Made by a program: the position numbers and the translations under genes
From: an uncultured Actinomycetes bacterium
GTDB taxonomy: Bacteria; Actinomycetota; UBA4738; HRBIN12
Assembly (NCBI GenBank): GCA_963704885.1
Contig: CAVPIB010000002.1
Span: 1 to 45,327, forward strand
Length of the DNA stretch: 45,327 nucleotides
Direction: 5' to 3'
The notes under the pieces: generated by a model
Told to the model about the DNA's origin: nothing
Databases searched by the model: none
Seen by the model: only the letters and a program-made list of their open reading frames with translations
Shown here: piece after piece, positions 11,622-22,150 of the stretch
Layout: each line of letters starts with the position of its first letter
Position numbering within the stretch: the stretch's first letter is position 1

Positions 11622-13082
11622 ATGAACGAGCCGACGGAACCGGATCGGCCTCCGGTGGATCGGCCTGGGGCTCTGGCTCGCGCTGCTCGCGGGCAGCGCC
11701 GTCCTGGCGCGTGCCGCCGGCGCCACCACGTCCGCGCTGCCGTTCGTTGCCGTCGCCGTGCTCGCGGTCCTCGGAGTGGTCGGGCTGGTCGCGTATGCGC
11801 GCCTGACGAGCGCGCCGCCGCAGCTGCGCACGCTGCGCGTGTTCGCGATCTTGCTGCCCACGCTGTTCATCATGTGCATCGAGGCGATCCTGCTGATCGT
11901 CGAGGCCGACGAGCTGTTCACGGAGGTGGGCGAGCACATCCTCGTGACGGCGGTCCTCTCGCTTTGCGCGATCCCGTTCTCGATCTGGATACTCCGGTCG
12001 TTCGCCGCGCTCCGTGACGAGCTCGCCCGTCGCGCCGCGCGGCTCGAGCGGCTCCATCGCGCATCGCTCACAGTGACCGGCGAACCATCGGTGCCGCGGC
12101 TGCACGAGGCCATCGTGCGCGGTGCTCGCGACGTGGTCGCCGCCGATCGGGCCGTCCTGCTGCTCGCTGCCGGTGACGGCGAGGAGGGCCTGATGGCCGA
12201 CCCGCCGGTCCCCGAGCCCGACGAGATCGACCTGGCCCTGCTCCGCTCGGCCGGGTCGGCGGCGTCCGACGGCGCCGACCGCTCGTACCTGACCACCCGC
12301 ACCCGTGGGGGGGCGCCTCATGTCCTGCTCGTACGGCGGGCGGCCGGATCGTCGTTCGGCGCGGAGGAAGGGCTCGTCCTCGACATGTTCGGTGTGGCGG
12401 CGGCCGCCGGCCTGGAAAACGCCCAGCGTCTGGGAGGAGGACCAGGCGGTTGGCGACGGTCGAGGAGCGGGAGCGGATCGCGGATCTCCACGATGACCTC
12501 GGGCAGCTCCTCGGATACCTCACGACAAAGATCCAGGCCGCTCGCGAGTTGGTCGCGTCCGGCCGGTCGAGCGCGGCCGCGGAGGAGCTCGCCGGCCTGG
12601 AGGCGTACCCGCTCGTTGAGCGCCCAGGTGCGCGAGGCCATCCTGGGGCTGCGGACCTCCGTCGGACCGGACCGGCCCCTGGGGCGGGCCGGAATCGATG
12701 GAAATACACGGCGGAGTTCAGGGATGCAGGCGGGCCTCCGCACGTCCTTCTCGGGTCCGGTGACCGCCGGTGGTTCCCTGGCCAGTCCCGCGCGGTATCA
12801 GGTGATGCGGATCGCCCAAGGGCGATGTCCAACGCCCGCCGGCACGCAGCGGCCACGACGATGGCGGTCGCGCTCGACGAGCACGACGGCGTATTCGAGC
12901 TGTCCGTGCGAGATGACGGCGCGGGATTCGACCCGACGACAGCGGCCCGCTCGGGACGGTTCGGCCTGATCACGATGGCCGAGCGTGCGCGGGCTGTGGG
13001 CGGGACCCTCGACGTTCGGTCGACCCTCGGCGAGGGGACGACCGTTGCCCTGTCGGTGCCGGTCAACCCGGTGGGAGCCTGA
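11622..13082 (+). CDS. Membrane sensor histidine kinase, NarX-like HisKA_3 type (frameshifted)
   Basis: Several N-terminal TM helices, GAF-like middle, 'EERERIA.DLHDDLGQLLGYL', ATPase 'SNARRHA...VRDDGAGFD...FGLITMAERA...GEGTTV'; GGAGG before the ATG. Confidence 0.88.
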
Positions 13083-13084
13083 CC

Positions 13085-13748
13085 ATGCGGGTGCTGCTCG
13101 CCGACGATCACGAGCTCTTCCGCGAAGGACTCGTGAGCCTCCTGCGCACGCACGACATCGAGGTCGTGGGCCAGGCATCCGACGGCGCGGAGGCCGTGGC
13201 CCTCGCGCGCGCCCTCACACCCGACGCCGTCCTGATGGACCTGATGATGCCGGGGATGGGTGGACTCGAAGCCACCCGTCTGATCAAGGCAGAGCTCCCC
13301 GACATCAAGGTTGTGATCCTCACGGTGTCCGAGGCCGACGAGGACCTGTTCGAGGCGATCAGGAGCGGGGCGCACGGCTACCTCGTGAAGAGCACCCCTT
13401 CGAACGACTTCTTCGAGTTGCTGGAGGCGCTCGACCGGGGCGAGGCGCCGCTCTCCCGAGGGCTGGCGGTCAAGATCGTGCGGTACCTGGCGTCGGGCGG
13501 CGTCGGCGGCGCCGCCGCGTTGACCCCTCGAGAGGACGAGGTTCTCCGGCTCGTCGCGGAGGGGCGAACGGACCAGCAGATCGACGACGGAGCTCTCGGT
13601 GTCGGACGCCACGGTCAAGTTCCACATGTCCGACATCCTCAACAAGCTGCACCTGGAGAACCGGGCCCAGGCGGTCGCGTTCGCGCATCGCCACGGGCTC
13701 ACCCAGGAGCCGACCTCTCCGCCCGAGGACCCTGCCGCGGACCAGTAG
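13085..13748 (+). CDS. NarL/LuxR-family response regulator (frameshift near 13590)
   Basis: REC domain 'MRVLLADDH...LMDLMMPG...GYLVK'; HTH '[15 protein letters not shown]', continuing in another frame as '[31 protein letters not shown]' to TAG 13748. Confidence 0.92.
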
Positions 13749-13844
13749 TCCTGCCCCTACCTAGCCGAAGGTCGAGGTCCTCCTCCCCCCGTCTGGAGCG
13801 ACTCCGCGGGCCCTTCCGCCCTGAGGGGCAACCTGGCTCAGGCC

Positions 13845-13850
13845 TAGGGT
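13845..13850 (+). promoter_or_regulatory. -10 element (TAGGGT) of a leaderless promoter for the 4Fe-4S/NrfD operon
   Basis: TANNNT 6 nt upstream of ATG 13857. Confidence 0.5.
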
Positions 13851-13856
13851 CGAGCC

Positions 13857-14674
13857 ATGAACGAGCAGCTCGAACGAGACGCGACGACGGGCGGCACGGC
13901 GGCGGAGACGAACGAAGGGGTCAGCCGCCGATCGTTCCTCGGGAAGGTCTTCATCGCGGCCAGCGCGGTGACGCTCGGGAGCAAGACCGTGGCGTTCGCC
14001 GACGACGTCATGGGGAACGACGACTCGAGGACGCACCCCAGTGGGCGATGGTCATCGACCTCGCGCGCTGCGACGGCTGCAAGGAGTGCACGAAGGCCTG
14101 CCAGGAGACGCACTTCACCGGCGACCAGGAATGGATCAAGGTGTTCGAGGTCCAGGACGAGGCCGGGAACACGGTGTTCCTGCCACGCCCGTGCATGCAG
14201 TGCGAGAACGCCCCCTGCCTGAACGTCTGCCCCGTCGGCGCGACGTTCCGCAACGAGAGCGGCACCGTGCTCGTCGATCACGAGCTGTGCATCGGCTGCA
14301 GGTTCTGCATGGCGGCGTGCCCCTGCGACGCCCGCTCGTTCAACTGGGGCGAGCCCGAGAACCCGCCCGGGGCGGCTTTCGCGAAGTACTCGCCCGAGTT
14401 CCCGGTCCGCACCGCAAGGGCATCGTGGACGTGCGTGTTGTGCCCACTACGCGATGAACGGACAGCTCCCGGCTTGCGCGAGCGCCTGCCCGATGAGCGC
14501 GATCTGTTCGTGACCTGAAGGCCGACGTCGCTACGAACGGACTCGGGACGGTTCAGGTGTTCGTTGCTGAGCGAGCGCAACGCCTTCCGCTTCGACGAAG
14601 GGCTCGGCACACGCACGCGGGTCTGGTGCCTGCCCGGCCACGGCGAGGACTCCAAGGTGGTGCTGCCGCAATGA
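13857..14674 (+). CDS. Tat-exported 4Fe-4S dicluster protein (NrfC/TtrB/ActB2-like; frameshifted)
   Basis: Tat motif SRRSFL; 'WAMVIDLARCDGCKECTKAC', 'PRPCMQCENAPCLNVCPVGAT', 'CIGCRFCMAACP', 'CVLC...PACASACP'; its TGA overlaps the next ATG. Confidence 0.88.
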
Positions 14675-16060
14675 CGCGTCGGTCGACGACGGCCGGCGCG
14701 CCTGCTCGAGCACGCCGAAGCCCCGATCCACCGGGGGCTTGGGGCGTGCGAGGGCGACTCCTCGTGGTGGGGCTCGGCCTCGTGGTGGCGTGGGGCATCT
14801 TCGCGTGATCTGGGCAGGTCTCGCACACGGCCTGGCGGTCACCGGGCTGAACAACCACGTGAGCTGGGGTTCTACCTCACCAACTTCGTGTTCTTCATCG
14901 GCATCAGCCACGCGGGGACGCTGTCTCCGCATCCTCCGGCTGACCCACGCCGAGTGGCGCCGACCCATCACCCGGCTCGCGGAGATGATCCAGTCGTCGC
15001 GCTCGTGGTGGGCGCCACCATGGTCGTCGCCGACATGGGGCGCCCCGACCGTCTGCAGTTCTCGTTGTGACGCACGCGCACCTACCGGTCGCCGCTTTCC
15101 TCTGGGACGTCCTGTCGATTGAGCACCTACATCGTCGGGAGCATCCTCTACCTGTACCTGCCGCTGGTTCCCGACCTCGCCGATACCTCCGCGACGGCGG
15201 CGTCGGCGGCAGGGTCCGTGGCTGGCTGTACTCGGGACTCGCGCTCCGCTGGCACGGCCTGTCCGAGCAGCGACGCCTGCTGCTCCGCGCCGATCGCTGT
15301 CATGGCGGTCGTGATCGTGCCGGTCGCGGTCTCGGTCCACCGGTGGTCTCGTCGATCTTCGGGATGACGCTCGTGAACGGGTGGAACTCCACGATCTTCG
15401 GGCCTACTTCGTGGTGGGCGCCGATCTTCTTCTGGGACCGCCGGGATCATCGTCGTGATGGCGATCTTCCGCCGGGGCTACCACCTCGAGGAGTTCATCA
15501 CCGAGATGCACTTCCGGTGCTCTCGGATTCCTCCTGTTGGTGCTGGGCATCCTGTACGCCTACTTCACGCTGTCGGAGTACGCAACCGTCGGGTTCAAGA
15601 TGGAGGTCGGCGAAGGCGACGCTCCTGTTGGCTTTGCTCCGTCGGGCGGTTCGCCCCTTACTTCTGGTTCTTCGCGACTCTTCGGCTTGATCGTCGTCCG
15701 ATCGTCCTGCTCGCCCTGCCCCGCACACGCAAGGTCAAGTGGATAGTCACCGCCGCGGTGCTCGTGAACATGGGCATGTGGCTCAAGCGGTTCGTGATCG
15801 TGATCCCGTCGATGGCGCTCCCCTTGATGCCATACGAGTGGGGGACCTACCGCCCGACCTGGGTTGAGTGGTCGATCACGGTAGGCGCGTTCGCGGCCTT
15901 CGCCCTGGTGTTCGTGATCTTCGCCCGGATCTTCCCGGTGATCTCGGTCTGGGAGGTCGAGGAGGGGTGGGAGGTCGAGGAAGCCCGCGCTCGTCGACCC
16001 CTGCCCACCGCCGTGCCGTCGCCCGGCTTCGCCTCGACGATCGTGGAGGAGTCCTCATGA
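14671..16060 (+). CDS. nrfD: NrfD/PsrC-family membrane quinol-interacting subunit, ActC-like (frameshifted)
   Basis: 'TGLNNHVSWG', 'NFVFFIGISHAGTL', 'WRRPITRLAE', 'DMGRPDR', 'LWDV', 'STYIVGSILYLYLPLVPDLA', 'AVSVH', 'GWNSTIFGP', 'GMWLKRFVIVIP...YRPTWVEW'. Confidence 0.88.
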
Positions 16061-16629
16061 GACGACTGCTCGCCGCCGTCACCTTCGGGGTCGTGCTAGC
16101 GGCCATCGGGATCGCGCCGGCCCACGCCGCCGCCGACGTCGCCACGACGATCGTCATCGACCCGGGGACCGTGACCGTGAACGGCCAGCCTGTCGAGCTT
16201 CACCTCCACGTCCGGGACGCGGCCGGCCGGCCCGTGTCTGGCGCACTGGTGCGGCTGTTCGTGCCGGTCGAGTTCATGGGCGAGACGAAGAACGAGATCG
16301 TCGGCGAGGGCACGACGAACGAGGGCGGCGGCGCCGTGATCCGGTTCGCGCCGGCCCAGACCGGTCAGGTCGAGGGCACGCTGGAGTTCTGGGGATCGAC
16401 CGGCTATGCGCCGTCGGAGGCGGTCGTGTCGTTCGACATCCAGCAACCGGCGTACGTGTACGACCCCACCCCCGTGGGCCTCCAGGCCTGGTGGGCGCGG
16501 AGCTACATGATCCTCGTCCCGTTCGTCGTGATCTGGACGATCTACCTGTTGCTCCTCTGGCTCGTGCTGCGGGTCAGGAGGGCGGGCGCAGCGGCGTCAG
16601 CGCCATCCGATATCGCCGCAACGAGTTGA
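16057..16629 (+). CDS. Exported Ig-like/beta-sandwich protein with a C-terminal TM anchor
   Basis: ATGA-coupled start 'MRRLLAAVTFGVVLAAIGIAPAHA'; 'VRDAAGRPVSGALVRL...GTTNEGG'; hydrophobic tail 'YMILVPFVVIWTIYLLLLWLVLRVRR'. Confidence 0.75.
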   Translation: MRRLLAAVTFGVVLAAIGIAPAHAAADVATTIVIDPGTVTVNGQPVELHLHVRDAAGRPVSGALVRLFVPVEFMGETKNEIVGEGTTNEGGGAVIRFAPAQTGQVEGTLEFWGSTGYAPSEAVVSFDIQQPAYVYDPTPVGLQAWWARSYMILVPFVVIWTIYLLLLWLVLRVRRAGAAASAPSDIAATS

Positions 16630-16639
16630 AGGAGGAACG

Positions 16640-17149
16640 ATGAGGAAGACGCAGCTCCTGCTGAGGGTGATGGCGACGGTCGCCGCGCTGACGCTGGTCC
16701 TGGCCGCATGCAGCTCGTCCGATGACGGCTCGTCCGCCGGGGCGACAAGCGCGACCGAGGCGCCCAGCCCGACCGAGGCGTCGACCCCGACGGCAGCCGA
16801 GGGCGCGGCCGTCACGGTCACCGTCGGCGAGACCGACGTGCAACACATGTACATGAACCTCGATCCAGGGACGGTCGCCGCAGGCACGGTGACGTTCACG
16901 GTCGTGAACGAAGGGGTCAAGAAGCACGAGTTCGTGATCCTGTCGACCGACGTGATGGCCGCCGACCTGACGGTCGAGGGTGACGAGGTCGTCGAGGACG
17001 ACTACAACGCCATCGACGAGATCGGGGACCTGCCGGCCGGCGAGACCCTGACCCTGACCGTCGAGCTGCCTGCCGGTCACTACGCCCTGATCTGCAACCT
17101 CAAGGGGCACTTCCGGATGGGGATGTACGCGGACTTCACGGTCGAGTAG
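16640..17149 (+). CDS. Cupredoxin (blue copper, auracyanin/sulfocyanin-like) lipoprotein
   Basis: SD AAGGAGG; lipobox LAAC; S/T/P/A-rich linker; 'NEGVKKHEF' and 'CNLKGHFRMGM' supply the H...C-x4-H-x4-M type-1 Cu ligands. Confidence 0.9.
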   Translation: MRKTQLLLRVMATVAALTLVLAACSSSDDGSSAGATSATEAPSPTEASTPTAAEGAAVTVTVGETDVQHMYMNLDPGTVAAGTVTFTVVNEGVKKHEFVILSTDVMAADLTVEGDEVVEDDYNAIDEIGDLPAGETLTLTVELPAGHYALICNLKGHFRMGMYADFTVE

Positions 17150-17169
17150 TTCCCACGTTCCGGATGCGA

Positions 17170-17193
17170 GAGGGCGGCCCGTCGGCCGCCCTC
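17170..17193. terminator. GC-rich hairpin between convergent operons
   Basis: GAGGGCGGCC-cgtc-GGCCGCCCTC, a perfect 10-bp stem; no U tract. Confidence 0.6.
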
Positions 17194-17218
17194 ATCGTTC
17201 CCGCCACAGGCGGGGCCG

Positions 17219-18043
17219 CTAGGCCAAGGTCTCCTCGAGCGCGCGACGTACGAGGACCTTCGCCAGCTCGCGGCGGTATTCGGCGCTGCCGAACGAGTCC
17301 GACGGCGGGCTGGTCCCTTCGTCCGCCCGACCTGCCGCGGTAGCCGGGTCCGAGCCGCCGCCGAGTGCCTCCTCGACCCCGGCCGCGCGGAGCGGCGTCT
17401 CGCCCATGTTGGTGAGCGCCACGTGCGCGGCCCCGTTGGACCGAACCGCCGCCACTCCGACGAGCGCCCAGTCCTGCGCGCGACGGTGGAACTTGATGTA
17501 ACTCCACCCGGCGTCCTTCGTGACGGGAACGCGCACCTCGGTCAGGACCTCGTTCTCGGCCAGGTCCGGTGTGAACAGTCCTTTGAAGAAGGCGTCCGCC
17601 GCCACGGTGCGCGATGCGCCGCCGGCGCCACGCACCACGAACTCCGCGCCGAGCGCCACCATCACCGTGGGCAGGTCCGACGCAGGATCCGCGTGGGCGA
17701 TCGAACCGCCGATCGTTCCCATATGCCGGACCTGCGGGTCGCCGATCTCACCGGCCGTGTGCGCCACGATCGGGCAGAGCTGCTGAAGCGCCTCGCTGTT
17801 CGCAACGTCGTGATGGCGGGTGAGCGCCCCTATGGCAACCGCGTCCCCGTCCTGCTTGACGTAGGACAGGTCGCCGACGCGGCCGATGTCCACCAGGAGT
17901 GAAGGCCGCGCCAGGCGCAGTCTCATGAGCGGCAGCAGCGAATGCCCGCCGGCCAGGATCTTCGCGTCTTCGTTCGCGGACAAGAGCTCGATCGCGTGGT
18001 CGATGCTCTCGGCCCGCGCGTACTCGAACGATGCCGGGATCAT
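17219..18043 (-). CDS. Mo-hydroxylase FAD-binding medium subunit (CoxM/CutM-like)
   Basis: 'MIPASFEYARA', 'ILAGGHSL', 'QVRHMGTIGGSIAHADPASDLP', 'SAEYRRELA'; ATGA overlap with the large subunit. Confidence 0.95.
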   Translation of the reverse strand: MIPASFEYARAESIDHAIELLSANEDAKILAGGHSLLPLMRLRLARPSLLVDIGRVGDLSYVKQDGDAVAIGALTRHHDVANSEALQQLCPIVAHTAGEIGDPQVRHMGTIGGSIAHADPASDLPTVMVALGAEFVVRGAGGASRTVAADAFFKGLFTPDLAENEVLTEVRVPVTKDAGWSYIKFHRRAQDWALVGVAAVRSNGAAHVALTNMGETPLRAAGVEEALGGGSDPATAAGRADEGTSPPSDSFGSAEYRRELAKVLVRRALEETLA

Positions 18044-20397
18044 GCGCCACCTCCTTGCGCGTCCTTGATAGCTCGCCACACCCGCTCGGGCGAGGCGGGC
18101 TTGCCGATGTTGGTCACGCCCAGATGCGAAACGGCGTCGACCACAGCGTTGATCACGGCCGGTGGCGACGCGATCGTGCCGGCCTCACCGATCCCCTTCA
18201 CTCCGAGAGGGTTGGTGGTGGACGGCGTGACGGTGCGATCGAGCGTCATGGTCGGGATCTCGGTCGAACCCGGGATCAGGTAGTTGGTCATGGAGCTGGT
18301 CGAAAGGTTGCCGCTCTCGTCGTAGATCGCCTCCTCATAGAGGGCCTCAGCGATCCCCTGAGCCACGCCGCCGTGCACCTGCCCCTCCACGATCTGCGGG
18401 TTGATGATCGTGCCGCAGTCGTCGACCGCCACGTAACGCAGGATGTCCGTCGCGCCCGTCTCGGTGTCGACCTCGACAACGCAGATGTGCGCACCGGCGG
18501 GCCACGTGAAGTTCGGCGGATCGTAGACGGCCGTCGCCTCCAGGTTCGGCTCGTAGCCGGCCGGCAGGTTGTGCGCGTGCCATGACGTGAGCGCCAGCTC
18601 GGGGATGGTCCTGGCCTTGTCCGGAGCGCCCTTCACGCGCCAGGCGTCGTCGGCGTACTCCAGGTCGTCCTCCGCCACCTCCAGCTCGTGCGCGGCCAGC
18701 ACCCGCGCCTTCTCCTTGATCTTCTCCATGGCGAAGTGCAGCGCGACCCCGCCGACCGACAGAGAACGCGAACCGTACGTGTCCATGCCGAGCGGGGTGA
18801 GCGCGGTGTCGCCGTGCATGACGTCGATGTCGTCGGGCGACACACCCAGCCCGTCCGCCACGATCTGCGACCAACTGGTCTCGTGACCCTGGCCGTGCGG
18901 CGACGTGCCCGTCGACACCACGATCTTGCCTGTGGGCAGACACCGGATGGTGGCCGCGTCCCACCCCCGGCCGCGTAGCGCAGCGCGCCCAGGATGTTCG
19001 AGGGCGCCAGGCCGCACATCTCGATGTACGTCGAGAGCCCGATCCCGATCTGCATGGTGTCGCCGCTATCTCGACGGGCTTGCTGTTCCTTGCGGAACTG
19101 CTGGTAGTCGGCCAGCTCGAGCGCCCGGTCGAACGCCGGCTCGTAGTTCCCGGAGTCGACGTTCAGGCCGCAGATGGATGTGGTCGCCTCGTCGAACGGC
19201 GGGTGGAAGTTCATGCGGCGCACCTCGGCCGGGTCCTTGCCGATCTTCCGCGCGAACGCATCGACGAGCCGCTCCAGGACGTAGGTCGCCTCGGGCCGAC
19301 CGGCGCCGCGGTAGGCGTCGGTCGGCGTGGCGTTCGTGAGCACGCCCCGGAACTCGAACCAGTACGCCTCGGGCTTGTAGGGGCCCATGTAGACCCAGCC
19401 ACCGAGCTCGGGGATGCCCGGCGTGAGCAGCTGGTAGTACGCGCCCATGTCCGCGATCTCCACGAACTTCAGCCCGAGGATCTTGCCGTCGTCCGTGCCG
19501 GCGAGCGTGCAGTCATGCGTCACCCCGCGGCCGTGGATCGTGGCGACGTAGTTCTCGCTCCGCTCCTCGATCCACTTGACCGGCCGGCCGGTCTTGCGGG
19601 TGAGCACCAGCGCCAACGCTTCCTCCGCGTACACGTTCAGCTTCGAGCCGAACCCGCCGCCCACGTCGGGCGCGATCACGCGGAGCTTCTCCTCGGGGAT
19701 GCCGCACACACCCGAGAGCGTGACCTTGGCGATGTGCGGGATCTGCGTGGCGGTCCAGAGCGTGAACTCGCCCATGGACGGTATGGAGGTGGCCAGGCAA
19801 CCGCGTGGCTCCATGGCGTTCGGGATCAGCCGTGGCTGGTGGTAGTGCTCCTGCACGATCACCGGCGCGGTGTCGAATATCCCCTGGTCACCGGCCCCAC
19901 CGTGGCTCCAATGGACCGTGACGTTCGAGCCGAGCTCCTCGTGGATCAAAGGCGCCCCGTCGGCCATCGCGGCTTCGACGTCGATGACCGCCGGGGAGCT
20001 CGGTGACGTCGACCGTGACGATCTCGGCCGCGTCCAGCGCCTGCTCGCGGGTCTCGGCCACCACGACCGCCACCGCGTCACCGTGGAAGCGGATCTTGTC
20101 CTTGGTGAGGGGGTAGTGGTTCGGGATCTTGATGTCCTCGGTGATCGGCCAGACGAACGGCAGGCCGCCGACCTCCAGGTCGGCGGCCGTGTAGACGCCG
20201 ACCACGCCCGGCATCGACACCGCGGCGGAGGTGTCGATCGAGTCGATCGTGGCATGGACGTACGGCGGGCGAACCATGGCCATCCACACCATCCCGGGGA
20301 GGGTGTGGTTGTCGATGTAGCTCGCCTGTCCGGTCAGGAGCTCGGGGTCCTCCTTGCGCAGGACCTCGCGCCCGATGTACTGCTCGGTGGTCGCCAT
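18040..20397 (-). CDS. Xanthine-dehydrogenase-family molybdopterin large subunit, form II CoxL-like (frameshifts near 18965 and 19995)
   Basis: 'RKEDPELLTG', 'DVGGGFGSK', active-site loop AYRGAGRPEA, 'HGQGHET', 'GQVHGGVAQG', 'KGIGEAG'. Confidence 0.93.
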
Positions 20398-20408
20398 GGC
20401 GCGCCCCC

Positions 20409-20885
20409 TCAGGCCTTCGCGCCGCTCATGGAGCCGGCGGCATCCAGGATGGACTTGACGATGTTCTGGTAGCCGGTGCAGCGACAGAGGTTGCCCTCCA
20501 ACGCCTCCCGGACGTCTTGCTCCGTCGGTGTGGGGTTCTCCTTCAGATAGCTGGCCGCCGCCATGATCATGCCGGGCGTGCAGTAGCCGCACTGGAGACC
20601 GTGGTTACGGTGGAACGCGTCCTGCAGCGGATGCATCACCCCATCGGAAGCCATATCCTCGATGGTGGTGACTGATCGACCGTCGGCCTGCGCCGCCAGC
20701 AAGGTGCAGGACTTGACCGACTCGCCGTCCAGCAACACGGTGCAGCTGCCGCACGACGAGGTGTCGCAACCCACGTTCGTACCGGTGAGCCCGAGGGTCT
20801 CTCTGATGAAGTACACGAGGAGCGTGCGCGGCTCGACGTCGGCCTCGCGCTGAATCCCGTTCACGGTGACGGAGACGTTGGTCAC
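20409..20885 (-). CDS. Mo-hydroxylase 2Fe-2S small subunit (CoxS/CutS-like)
   Basis: '[12 protein letters not shown]', 'QCGYCTPG', 'NLCRCTGY'; SD AAAGGAG. Confidence 0.96.
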   Translation of the reverse strand: MTNVSVTVNGIQREADVEPRTLLVYFIRETLGLTGTNVGCDTSSCGSCTVLLDGESVKSCTLLAAQADGRSVTTIEDMASDGVMHPLQDAFHRNHGLQCGYCTPGMIMAAASYLKENPTPTEQDVREALEGNLCRCTGYQNIVKSILDAAGSMSGAKA

Positions 20886-20983
20886 TGGCGACTCCTTTCA
20901 GACCGGAGCTGTTGGGGCCGTTCGACAGTGCCGGAGTCTAGTCCTGTCCCTCAGAACGCGCGACCCGGATGCGGGCCACGCCG

Positions 20984-20989
20984 TACCAT
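20984..20989 (+). promoter_or_regulatory. -10 element (TACCAT) of a leaderless promoter
   Basis: TANNNT 6 nt upstream of ATG 20996. Confidence 0.5.
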
Positions 20990-20995
20990 CGGGGT

Positions 20996-22129
20996 ATGAG
21001 CGAGATCACCGACGTGCTGGAGGCGATCGAGTCCCTGTCGGCTAAGGGCGAACGGATGGCGCTCGCCACGATCGTGGCGGTCCGAGGCTCCACGTACCGG
21101 CGCCCCGGCGCCCGCCTGCTGGTCCCCGAGGACGGTGCCCCGATCGGCAACATCAGCGGTGGCTGCCTGGAGGGCGACGTCGCGGACTTGGCCCGGATCG
21201 TCATGCAGGAGGGCCGGGCTCGGCTGGCCGGCTGGGATCTCACGGCCGACGACGACGACGTGTGGGGCCTCGGTCTGGGGTGCAACGGGGCGATCGAGGT
21301 GTTCATCGAACCGGCCGACCGCGCCGCCGAGGTGGCCGGAGCCCTGCGTATGGCGCTGGAGGAGGAACGGCCTATCAGCGTGGTGACCGTCCTCGAGTCC
21401 GCGATCGCAAGGGTGGAGTCAGGTGCTCGGATGGTGGTCAAGCCCGATGGTACCGGCGAGGGGACGCTGGGCGACGACGCCGTGGACCAGGCGGCCACCG
21501 CGGCCGCGCTGGAGCAGCTTGCCGCCCAGACCTCGGAGATCCGCACGTTCCCCGGCGAGATCCGCGCGTTCGTGGAGGTGCTGGAGCCACCGCTCCGACT
21601 GCTGATCTGCGGCGCGGGCCACGACGCCATCCCGCTGGTGAAGGCCGCCTCGATCCTGGGCTGGAACCCGATCGTGGTGGACGACCGAGCCGGGTTCCTG
21701 ACCCCCGAGCGATACCCCGAGGCCGCCGGGTTCGTCCACGTTGAGCAGCCGGACGAAGCAGCCAAGGCAGCGGCGGCCGACGAGCGGACGTTCGTCACGG
21801 TGATGACGCACAACTTCCTGCGCGACAAGGAGTACCTCCGCTCGTTCCTGGGCTCCCCCGTCGCATACATCGGGATGCTGGGGCCGGCAGCGCGCACACA
21901 GCGGCTCTTCATGGAGCTAGCTGACGAGGGCGTGGTCATCACCGACGAGGACCGCGCACGTATCCACGGCCCAGCTGGGCTGGACCTGGGCAGCGAAGGG
22001 CCGGAGGAGATCGCCGGTTCGATCGTGTCCGAGATCGTCGCGGTTCGACGCCGCCGCGCGGGCGGGTTCCTCAAAGAGCGACCGGGACCGATCCACGACC
22101 GCCCACGCCCAGGCGCCGAAGCGCGCTGA
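20996..22129 (+). CDS. xdhC: XdhC/CoxF-family Moco maturation chaperone
   Basis: 'GSTYRRPGARL', 'SGGCLEGDV', 'GLGCNG', 'LLICGAGHDA', 'VMTHN', 'YIGMLGP', 'HGPAGLDLG'. Confidence 0.93.
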   Translation: MSEITDVLEAIESLSAKGERMALATIVAVRGSTYRRPGARLLVPEDGAPIGNISGGCLEGDVADLARIVMQEGRARLAGWDLTADDDDVWGLGLGCNGAIEVFIEPADRAAEVAGALRMALEEERPISVVTVLESAIARVESGARMVVKPDGTGEGTLGDDAVDQAATAAALEQLAAQTSEIRTFPGEIRAFVEVLEPPLRLLICGAGHDAIPLVKAASILGWNPIVVDDRAGFLTPERYPEAAGFVHVEQPDEAAKAAAADERTFVTVMTHNFLRDKEYLRSFLGSPVAYIGMLGPAARTQRLFMELADEGVVITDEDRARIHGPAGLDLGSEGPEEIAGSIVSEIVAVRRRRAGGFLKERPGPIHDRPRPGAEAR

Positions 22130-22150
22130 ACCTCGGTGGGCGACCGACGC

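Noticed and set aside
13085-14518. Apparent 477-aa response regulator-ferredoxin fusion
   Set aside because: Created by frameshifts; the regulator has its own stop (13748) and the FeS gene its own promoter, start and Tat signal.
1-20000. Programmed frameshifting or phase variation
   Set aside because: The breaks are too many and scattered, with no consistent slippery tracts that I could see.
18040-20397. Second true CO dehydrogenase
   Set aside because: AYRGAGR lacks the Cu-ligating Cys of AYxCSFR.
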